Assembly (NCBI GenBank): GCA_001949185.1
Contig: BDGG01000012.1
Location: forward strand, 1,170,973 to 1,234,972
Source of the DNA: Ramazzottius varieornatus
Lineage: Eukaryota; Animalia; Tardigrada
Direction: 5' to 3'
Length of the DNA: 64,000 nt
Within the stretch, counting starts at the first letter, position 1, and each line of letters begins with the position of its first letter. A model generated the notes under the pieces. That model was not told where the DNA came from. It did not search any database and saw nothing but the letters and a program-made list of their open reading frames with translations. This document shows, piece by piece, positions 12,910 through 23,900 of the stretch. A program made the position numbers and the translations under genes.

Positions 12910-15900
12910 ATGTCATGTTCTCCCGTTAAGAAAGGACGTCTGAAAGGGGGCCGCAAGTCCGGACCTGCGACTCATTTTCAGGCTGTCCCTAACACCGCTC
13001 GTTGCGGTGCCAAGCGGTGGAAGCAGGGGAAAGGAAGCAAACTGGGTTCAGTGTTCTCTTCTTCCGCTCCTTCGGCCCTGCTCGCTTCACCCAGCAACAA
13101 ATCACCTACGAAAATTCGCCCAACGGAGGATCTGATATCCAAAGCGCTGGGACAAGAATTCGATACAAACAACTCGACGAAAGGCCCGCCTGATCTGTCT
13201 GATCAGATTCTGAATGATCTACAGTGCATCTTGTCCGAGACGGTAGAGTTTGTACCCGCAAAGAATCCACATAACGTCCTGCTACAAGAGGTCCGGAAGA
13301 AAGCCTTCGATGTGTCCAAGATTGAGCTAAAGCATACCGTCAAGCTTGCAGGTTTAAAGACTGCGCCGTTGGCCAAGAGAAGACCGGAAATGTTCTTGGA
13401 GAACAGACAAGAAAATCAAGGTAGGGTAATCGTTGATTGGTTGAAAGTTCCCATAGTTCCTTAATTGCATCCCTGTTTACATCACGGATGTATGTGTAGC
13501 AGTATATAGCTTCTGTCTTGCTCTTCGCAGTGAGCAGCATATTGTATTCAATCATATTCACGTAATTATTCTTCATTCTGGGGAAAGGTCTTCCATCGGG
13601 TCAAGAAGGAAGTTCGTTCAATGGAGCGCCGACCTCGCCGTCCAAGAGTCGCCCTGACAACGGTCTTCCTGAACCGAAAACCATTTTCTTTGATGAAGCA
13701 AACCTCTCCCTGGATTGGAAAAAGTCGCTTGGGGCCGGCGCTGGCTTGCAGAACTTAGGGAACACCTGTTTCCTGAACGCTACGTTGCAGTGTCTGGCAT
13801 ACACTCCGGCGTTGCATAATTATCTGACTTCCGGCCATCACGGGACAACATGCAAGTTTTTTCCCGTTCTCTTACTGATAGCGACTTTACTGATGATTAT
13901 TCTAACTGGTAGGTCATTTATATTTCACCTTACAGGTCGGCTACCTGGATTCTGCATCCTTTGCGAGCTGGTCAGTCTGCTTCCACAAATGACAAAGCCG
14001 CACGCGCAAACAGTCCGTCCAGGCAGACTGACAGCAAATATCAAAAGTAAGTTTACCAGTCTTCGAAATGTTTCAAGTTTCGAGCTTCTGCAGTGGATAT
14101 TATGCTAGTTTAATACTGTATTTCGACCTAATCTATGGGTATGTCTTGCAGCATTTGCCAAGACACTGACAATCGGTCGGCAAGAAGATGCACACGAGTT
14201 CCTGCGTTTCGTCATCGAAGCCATACGGAAGTCTGCCTTGCATGGCTATGATGTCAAGAAGCTGGACATGTACAGCCAAGAAACCACCGTGGCCAGTCGC
14301 ATCTTTGGAGGCTTCTACCGCTCAAGAGTCCTCTGCCTCACCTGCAAGCAGCCTTCCAACGTGTACGACCCCTTCCTCGATATCCCGTTGGATATCGCCG
14401 GTCCCAGAATCCAGTCTCTGGAAGACGCACTGGCTTCTTTCACTCGCATTGAGCAGCTGAACAGTCCCAGCAACCTGTACAAGTGTGAACGGTGTCGGAC
14501 GATGGGCCCAGCGACCAAACAAGTCACCATCCACAAACCACCCAATGTCTTGACATTCCAACTCAAACGCTTTCATTACAATACCTCGGGCTTTAGTAAC
14601 TTCTCCAAGGTGGATAAGGCAGTGTCGTTCCCGGAAACGCTGGACTTGGAGAAGTTCTTGAGCGAAAGTGTGAGCAAAGATAGCGTGCAGTATAAACTGT
14701 ACGGCGTCCTGGTCCACTCTGGTGGCTCTTGTCATTCCGGTCACTACTACTCCTTCATCAGGACAGCAGTTAACACTTGGTATAGAATGGACGACAATTA
14801 CGTAAGTTTTCATGTTTCAAACTTGATGGGTGCTTGATCATATCGTTTCCCCACGTGGCGCACGTTTCCAGTGTTATTGGCCGGAAGCGTGCGTGACTTG
14901 GGAAAACCTGCTTGGCGAGTGTGTTTGATTAGTACCAGATTTAGATGGAAGTTGAATGTCGATCTTCTTATAGGTTAGTATGACGAGCCATCAAAATGTC
15001 ATGAACCAGAAAGCCTACCTTCTCTTCTACACACGGATCCCGACTCGCAGTCAACCACCGAATGGGCCCACAATGACGAAGCAGATCGTACCGTCCTCTC
15101 CCATTGTGAACAGACCGCAAAATGGCCAGGCGCTGACAGCAAAGACCATCCTGTTCCCGACCACTCCCTCTCCACAGAAGGCGACACCGGTGCTGACGCC
15201 CATCGGACCTTCACGTCCAGGGAAAGAACCCGAAGAGAATGGAGCTAAGCAGCAGAATGGAGTTAAGGCGGTCAGTAACGCTCTTTTCAAACCTCGAGTG
15301 ATCACGGCAAATAAGACGAAAGTGAACGCTCAGCAAGCTCTGAAGAACATCTTCCAGAGTCCACAGAAGACGTCTCCGGTGTCTTCCCAACCGTCAGCAT
15401 CAGGTTGTGGATCTGCGCTGGTTCCGTATGGGTCGGAAGGGTCTGATGAGGAAGAAGAGAACGCGAAAGCGCAGGAAGTACCCGAGAATGGGGTCAGAAG
15501 TGAACCGGGCTCGCGAGACAGCTCAACGTCCCATGATAGTCTGAAGGAGAATAACGAGAATAAGAGTGCGGTGGGTGAGAAAATAGCCAAGTGTAGTTCT
15601 TCGTCGAAGTCTTCCGAGAAGGCTGTGATAGAGAACGAAAAGTCGCCGTTGAAGTCTGCTGAGGAGTCGGACGAAGTTTTGACCAGGGAAAGTTCGAAGC
15701 TTAACTCTGTTGACGTGTTGAAAGCGGCTTTTGCGGAAGGCGCACTAGAGCAAACATCTCCAAAGAAAGCTCAGAGTGACATTCAGTCGCCGATGATTTC
15801 TTCGTCGAATAAGAGAGCGGAAAAGAGACGACGGAAGAAAGAGAGGAAAAGACAGAGAGAACTCGAGAAAGCAATGGAGCTGGAGCGATCTGAGAAGAGG

Positions 15901-16625
15901 ACTAGTGAGCATTCGACGGAAGGTGGAATGAAGAAGAAAAAGAGTAAGAAGAAGAAGCGCGATAGCTTCTCTTCGGACAGCTCGTCGGTGTCCACTCCTC
16001 TTTGGGTCGAGAAAGACGTGTCTCAAGGTAAGATTCGATTCAGATTTTGTAGAAATCAAAAAGCTGCTTTATCTGATATGGTAATCGACTTTGTTTTGTA
16101 GCTTATGGAAGTAATCTGGTCATATCGGACGAGCCCATGGCGGAACCGGTCAAGGTGCAGCCTTCGTCTGTTGAACGTGGTTCGAACAAGAACGCGTTCG
16201 ACTCTCCACAGGTCTTGTCCTGGGGCGGTGGTAAGTCACTGCTGGACCAAGAAGTAGAAGCCATCGAAAGGGACAGAAGAAAGCGCGTCCTCGAGAACGA
16301 CCAGTATGATGAAGAGTTTGACGCTGGCCGACAGAAGAAGCAGAAGCTGAAGAACCGAGCGGACTACTCAAACGCTAATAGCGGCTACAACCCGTTTCAG
16401 CAAGCTCAGTCTCGCGCAGCACAACGCAGTAAGTTGACGACCAAACTAAACTGGGACTTGGGCAGCTGAATTGACTATGGTTGTTTCTCAAGTGGCGCAC
16501 GTATCCAGTGTTATTGGCTGAACGTGTATACCACTTAGGAAAACGATCAGGTTCAAGTCATTATCAGTGTATCGATTATAGTTCTGAACTTTGTTCCTCA
16601 TTTCGTTTCGTGTCTTGTAGAGTGA
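12910..16625 (+). CDS. USP36: Ubiquitin C-terminal hydrolase USP36/USP42-like (scrawny), multi-exon; 3' end uncertain (16469 if the last intron is retained)
   Basis: Cys box GLQNLGNTCFLNATLQCL, QEDAHEF, Zn finger CLTC/CERC, His box VHSGGSCHSGHYYS, basic nucleolar-type tail and YDEEFDAGRQKK. Confidence 0.9.
14828..14928. mobile_element. Palindromic MITE-like element, copy 3 (USP36 intron 14802-14973)
   Basis: tcgtttccccacgtggcgcacgtttccagtgttattggccggaagcgtgcgtgacttgggaaaac. Confidence 0.85.
16460..16562. mobile_element. Palindromic MITE-like element, copy 4 (last USP36 intron ~16429-16620)
   Basis: ttgtttctcaagtggcgcacgtatccagtgttattggctgaacgtgtataccacttaggaaaacgatc. Confidence 0.85.
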
Positions 16626-17901
16626 GGTGTCACCACGGGACAGACGTCCAAGAAGTCGCGATCCGAATTCCTCGCGTCGGAGGAGCGGCTCACCGTAAGC
16701 TCACGAGTCATTAGCACATATTGTAATGGACCTGCTAATGGTCGTACCTAGATGAGACCTCTTCGGTCGTTGTATTCACGACAGATGCTTTCATATTTTG
16801 TTTCGCCCTAAAGACCACTAACTTATTGATTTAGCGAACCATCGTTGTCATAGCTTACTTGCATTTTTATTTCACGCTGTTTTAAGCGTCAACTGAGAAG
16901 TACTTACTAAAGATATCGTTACCTCTTTATTAGCTCTTCTTGCTCTACTTTACTTTTCTACTACAATAGCTGCACTACGGTACGATTATCTGAAAGGAAC
17001 ACACTCATCATCTGGATGGTAGATGTTCAAGGACTCGTGAGTCATTAAACTTTGCTACTGTAGCGCAAGGTTGTTTTCGTGTTGGAAGAGTTCTTGACAG
17101 GGAAGCTGCGTGAGTGAGGGAAACAACAAGTATTAAAGTTGTAGGAGGGAAAGTTGAGTGGCAGCTGGCGGTAGCAATTGGTGGTGATAATCAGGCACGG
17201 ATATCCGTTGCGTGGAGTGCCGCCTGGGACCAGGGGAAGAAAACCTGTCAGGATGTATCAGGAAGGTCATCTCTCATCTTTGCGAATCGTCATCGATTGG
17301 GCTTAACTGAAGTCACCGTACCATAGTGGAGATTAAAGTCCACTGACAGGTTACAGAGAAACCTGAGCGCTCGTGAAGGTGTTTTCCTGTTGGGCTTTTC
17401 ATGGACTTGTAATTGTGTCGATGCGTTTTCGTGCTAAGCAAGTTGCGCCAGATGTCAAGGCTGCGAAGTTTTATCTCCGCAAGTAGTGAATCTAAAGTCG
17501 TCGATCTCTAAGGATGATGATCATAAGGGCCATTTCACTCTGTGCTCTCAAAGGACCCATTAACCAAATCCTACCAGCCGCAATTCCCCTTTGACTACTG
17601 TGAACCTCGGGGCACCTCCCTGATTTGACCATGAAAAGATTTTTGCATACGACTAGAGATCAAAAGTTTGAAAGCATTTATCCCCAACCATCATCGGAAC
17701 TGAGAATTTAGTCTACGTAACTTCCTTGTTATCTGCCTGGTCACCTGCGGCTATGCACTCTCGACAATTATTGTCGCTCATCCTCACCGTCACTTCTTGA
17801 ACGTAACCGGAAAGAAGACTGGATTCATACTCGGATCGTGCGCCTTTATGGATCAAATAATTCATTCAATTCTTTTGCGCTTTGTGAAGCTTGTCGAAGT
17901 C

Positions 17902-20900
17902 ATGACCAAAGTTTCGGCGTATTATTTTTGCTGGATGATGTTTGGCTTAGTCAAGGCCACCAGGATCAACTTGGTCTTCGTAACCAGCGAGAACCCAAGG
18001 TTTGGGGTCACCACCACAGGTCAGATCCTGCTGTTCGATCTGTAGTATTTTTCAGTTCTTGCGGATTTTCAGATTAGAGTGCTTGTTAATGTTTTCAAAA
18101 AAAATATCAATCAACAGGTCCTGCGTTTGACATCGCCATCGAAAACATGAAGCGGAAGTTCCCGGAGGTGCTTTTACAGCGCAATCAGATCCAGCGCTAC
18201 GAAGTGTACAAAGCTGGGATATTCTCGTGCGATGAAGCAGGTGTGGAGATGCAGTTTGTGGCCGGAAAAATGGCGAACTTGGTACAGCAGCTGGAAGGCT
18301 TCGTCGTTCTTCTTTGCCCAGGTATACCGGAAGCCTCATAATCATTAAAAATAGTGAGCAGGTGTTTTCCAACAGGAAACTTTCGCTGGAAAACCCTAGC
18401 TTTGCCCCAGCTACTCAAGCTCGTGTTTCTGGAAGAGCTACTGATTTAATAATTTTGAAGTGGGGGAGGTTTCGAAAAGTTCGAACCCTTTTCTGACGAG
18501 CCTCCGAGGCATGATCTTGCCCAAATGACATTCTGGATCAGCCCTGGTTTGCTGCATATAGCATTATTTTGGCTTCGCTGTGGCCTGTGGGTTCAGTCCG
18601 GGTTCATGTATGTAATATTCATGTACACTGCCTACAAGAAAAAACCGACCCCCCTAATCCTTCGCTCAAAAATTCATAACTTTAGACCGGACATTCTGAT
18701 GTCTGATCTTCAAAGCAACCCTTGATGCTCAGTATTTGTTCAACGCGATCGCGTGACTTTTCGAAAAGAAAATCAACGAATCAACCGGTATGATAAAGTT
18801 CGCCACCATCGAAAAACAACCTATTTTTGGAGCAGCGTAGCACGGTCAGTCCATCGCGAAACCTTGACGCATTGCTTTCCAAAAATGCAACCAGCATTGG
18901 GCTACCAGGTGGAAAAAAAATCAAGGCAGTCAAAGGTTTCGTCGAGGAGGGACTTGTAGCGACCTATGCGCCATTTTCGATGGAGATTACACGTGCACTC
19001 TGCAGTTTTCAGCAAATCTTCTGCCAAATAGAAAGTTATGTCGAATTTGCTGCTGTTTTTTGCGCAAAAAGTTTGAGGCTACACAAGCCACACAAAGCTG
19101 TCCAGCTAAACATAAAAATACGGCCCTTCATAGTGTTTGGATCCAAAATCAACGCCAGGATGGCGCGAAGGTCGCTGCGAGTTGCTCCTTGACGAAACCT
19201 TCGACTGCCTTGATTTTTTCTTCCCCTGGTAGCCCAATGCTTGTTGCAGTTTTGGACAGCAAAGCGTCAAGGTTTTGCGATGGACTGACCGTGCTACGCT
19301 GCTCCAAAAAAAGGGGTTTTTTCGATGGTGGCGGACTTTATCATACCGGTTGATTCGTTGATTCTCTTTTCGGAAAGTCACGTGATTGTGTTGAACAAAC
19401 ATTGAGCATTAAGGATCGCTTTGAAGGTTAGACATCAGAATGTCCAGTCTAAAGTTATGAATTTTTGAGCGAAGGATTAGGGGGTCGGTTTTTTCTTGCA
19501 GGCAGTGTACATAGACATACCGTATATGTCACAACATAAACCCGGACCGAACCGCACTGAAGTGAGTGAACCCAAAATGCTCTGCACCAATTTAAACCAG
19601 GACTGATCCCAAATGTCATTTGGGCAAGATCATGGCTCGGAGGCTCGTCAGAACAGGATTCGTCCGGGAAACCTTCTTCGCATATTGTCATATTGACATG
19701 TGTGATGGAGACCAATAAATTTAACAACATCCGTATCCGCTTCACATTCTGTCTGTAGTTACCTGAAAACTGATCTCAAGTAGCCAGAGTGAACCCTTTT
19801 GGCACTATTGACGAGGAGCATACTGACGGACTGTAATATTGTGGTGCCACGATAAAGGCCGTGAACCGGTAGCTTCGACCGGCGGCAACTTTATGAGTGC
19901 CGCACCATAATTATCTTTTTCATAGTGTACCACCGGACGACACGCTGTTTCCATGCCACACTTGGACGATCACATCAAGAGGTTATTGTACGGCATCAGT
20001 ACGGCAAGCGAGGCGGTTCCCTCAAAAACAGCAGAACAGAAAAGTGACGCTAAAACCTTTCGACGACGCGGCTAATTTATTTACGAGGAGACCTTTAGGA
20101 CTACCAGACACCGATTTTGATTCCAGTGCTCTTGACTGATGGGCTAGGTTCTTCGTTCACTTGAAGCAAGCAGAAAGTAATGCCATAGGGTCCTCCCTGC
20201 AGCTCGAGAAAATCGAGAAATTGGTTGGTTCCTATCTTCAACTCACATATAAAATCTAGATCTGCGTCTTTTCCGCCTGTTCCAAACGTTTTACTGCTCC
20301 AAATTTTCCCTTCGCGCGTGTACAGAATTTGTGGTATCAGAAAGCTTGAACAATCTGATCGTCCATTGAAATCTCGACAGTCTTATGAGGCTCTCGCTTT
20401 GCTCGACCTGAATACGGACAACTTAGCAAACGGAAAAAGCTTTTCGTGCCGAAGAACCAGCGCGAACTTCCCAGTCAGCCAGCATAACGCGGGTTCTTCC
20501 TAGGCCACCACGACTGTACGGTTACCGCTGGTACGGCACAGTATAGTCTCTCGACCCCAGTTGTACTATTAGATAGATTAAGATAGATGGATATTTGTTG
20601 AGCCTCGATGGTCTGAATTAGTCAACCAAGCAGAGGTTGCTGGAGAGGTCACAAATGGTGCTGGCAAAGGTACGATATACGGTATCGTATTGAAATATAT
20701 TGATATCGCGCGATATGGATGTCACATCCTGTGACATTCAGTCTAAAGTTTGGTCCAGTGTTGTTCCGATTGTGGAATTGAAATTATTAAAATCACGTGG
20801 CAACGTAGTTTCTAAGTCTCCGAACTCGTTTTGTCTAGTGTTTAACGATCATCGTTTTTAAATTGTTTCGATTTCAAAACGCAATTAGTTTTCAATCAAT

Positions 20901-23900
20901 CAAGCACACCTCGTCCATCATAACTGAAATCATTTCGATTATTGAAACCAGTTCTCAATTCTGCATACGCGGAACAACACTGGTTCGGTCTGCCTGAGGA
21001 GCATCTCATTTTTTATGGTCTCAAATCAATCGGCGGACTGAGCAAACAAGGTTTCCGGACCGGCGGGGACAGTGCTCAACATGTCGATACATCGCTGCAA
21101 TAAAATTCGATGCATCGAAAATACGGTATTAAAAAAATATCAAATCGGAATATCGACATGATACTGTATTTTATCGTTCTTTTGCCGGCACTAGTCAGTA
21201 GACAGTACTGTTAGAGAGACCTGGGCTGCAGGCCAGAAAGCACGTTGCGTCTGCGCTGCGCTCCGAAACATGTGCGCCAGAAGGGTGGGCAGCTGCCCGG
21301 TAGACGGGTTCCCTTCTGGTGCAACTGCGCCGCACATGGGTAAATTGTCCAGACTTCAGTTTCGAGCAAGGTACCGGTACTACTCGGTAATACCTATACT
21401 AAGTACCGGTTTCGCAGTACTTGTACTTTACCAGTTACAGGCGGTCGATACCTGTACCTTACGGGAGGTACTTCAGGTATTCAGCCGGTAATACCGGGTA
21501 CTGAAGACTGGCGGTAATCACCGAAAGTACCGCGAAAGTACTGGACGCTTCCGTTCAATTGTCAGAACTTTCAGAATTTTTGAGCCCAAAACACGGCGCT
21601 GCAAGGCGGCCTAAGCTCCATGTCTCGAACGGGAAAAATGGCCATTCTCGGCCTAGTTTCTAACAGAGTTACACCGATTCCTTCCAGGTCTGAAATTTAT
21701 ACAGTAAACGATTGATGATAGAGGTTTTTACATCAGCCGATTTGCTGCAGAACGCACGGGAAGTCCAGAAACTGATTCTTCCCCTAAAGCTGGAGTTGCT
21801 GAGTCAGCTTGTGACACTGCTGGACACCCGGTGGAACGTACGAGTTCGTACAAGACCAGTGCTCCCAAAATAAAGGGTGATTATGGCAAGCCTTACGAAT
21901 CAGCAGTCTGCGTTCAACGAACGATCCCACCTGGTGGGACCCACCATGGTTCTGGCTTTTGATGAAAACCAGAGATCATCTGTGTCGTCACTAGCCCCAC
22001 CTACGGTCGATCTTCCCAACCCTAATTTGAGGTTTTCATCCCAAAAAGCTCACGTGACTCGCCCGATGGCACCTTGAAAGAACACTTGTGTCTTTCGTCT
22101 CCGGTGGGGAAGTTGACTATTACCAATGGTTTCTATAGACAAAACGAGTTCGGAGTCGATCAGACATCTTTAGAAGACACCAGGCCGAAAAAGGCCATTT
22201 TTCCCGTTTGTGACATGGAGCTTACGGTTGCTTTTGTGATCTATGTCTATGAGATGATGCTGCCAGACGGCCCAGACCAATCGTTGGCAGAGGACCGAGA
22301 CAAGCCAGCCGAATTCACTACAAAACTAGAAACTGTTATGATTGATTGTTTGACACGATATTTCGATAGAACAGAGATTGCGATATTCGTCAACCGCTTA
22401 ACTTGTTGTTTCAGGATGCAGCACAGAGATCATGGTTCTGGGGGACTTTGCGAGAGGTGAGAAGAAGTTCTGATATCTCTGATTTATCCCAAAGCCTGAA
22501 TGATGAGTTCTGTCGTTCATTGTAGAGTGGAACGTACCTCTTCTCGGGAGGTAAGTCGCTGTGTGACTGTTTCAGACACCACACTTTTCGCCGCTCCCAA
22601 ACTTCCCGTGGTGGTAAACTGGTGATGTTTTTCTCCCTTTCTCTTTCTAGCTCAGCCAGTGATGGACGGGTAAGTGCACTAATTTTTCATGTCCTTATAA
22701 ATGCAAGGTTCGCATCACGAAGCTGTCGTTATAACCGATCGATGTTATTATCCAGCTGGCGAATAAACGGCGCTACCCCACTGTATCGGGCTATGGACCT
22801 GTGGACATTGGGTCGTTTGCAAATGCAGCCCGGCTTTTCATGGACAAATTTTCCTGGAGGATCGCCACGCTGTGTTGTGACGACCTTTCGCAGTACCCGA
22901 GACTCACCACCGTTTATCAACTCTTGTGCCGAAACATCAAATCTACTCTCGAGAAACAACTGGGAAAATATACCGTTGATACTATCAATTACGATTCTCG
23001 CGTTGTCCAGGATTACACACCGATGCTCCGAAATATTCGCCAAGAAAGCAGAAGTAAGTCAGCAGGTTTCTCAAAGCATCTCAATACCTGGAACCAGAGT
23101 TCCATGCTGACCGTTATAGTTGTTTTCGTCTTCACCCGGCCAAGCCTTTTCCGGGATATACTAGTAAGTACTCAATACAGAAGGCTAAGAATGAATTCAC
23201 TTTGTTTTTTGTTCAAGTATCATCATTTTGATATCCTGCAGATCGCGGCGCACGGTCTTAACATGACTAACGGCGAATACGTATGTCCGTCTCTACTACT
23301 TCCGTCTTACTTCCGTTCGAAATTAATTTCCGATTTATCGTCCATGTGCTTCCAGGTATTCATTGCTCCGCAGTCTACGAAGCAGCCGACTTTGGGAGAA
23401 CTGAACTGGAAAAATAATGACACCAACGACCGCGTAAGATCGTAACTTATTTCTATGTGATTATTCCAGCAAGAGAACATTTTGTGGGTTGAGCCTTTGG
23501 TTTAGTTAGTATCATTGTCTAAGAGCCGCTGTGATGGAAGATCTCTTTCTGAAGGTGGCCTTCTTGGCCTTTCAGTCAGCTGTTATAATGGCGCACCCGA
23601 GTCCTAACCTTGAAACTTCGGCGTTCGTATTCGATGCGATAGCCACGCAGTCCCAAACCCGGTATAACAAGACCCTGACGGAGGACGAAATGGTATTTCT
23701 CAGTATTGATTTTTTTACCATCTGAAGAATACAGTTTACAGACAAAATCTTTTGTTCGAAGATCAACGATGTGGTTATCTGCGCATATCAAGCCATCGAG
23801 ACCTTGGTCATTGTAAGTCACGTTCTTGTTGCCGCTACTGGGGACCCGGAACTAAGTTTCTAGCGTCCATAGGCCTTGAATCGATCGACGGTTCCGCTCG

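Noticed and set aside
18753-19402. Mirror-image ORFs suggesting a duplicated gene
   Set aside because: They are a by-product of the foldback arms, with no recognisable protein motifs.
21877-22414. ORFs 21877 and 22074 as the N-terminus of the guanylate cyclase
   Set aside because: No signal peptide or family motifs; exons at 17902 and 18118 supply the N-terminus in the correct phase.
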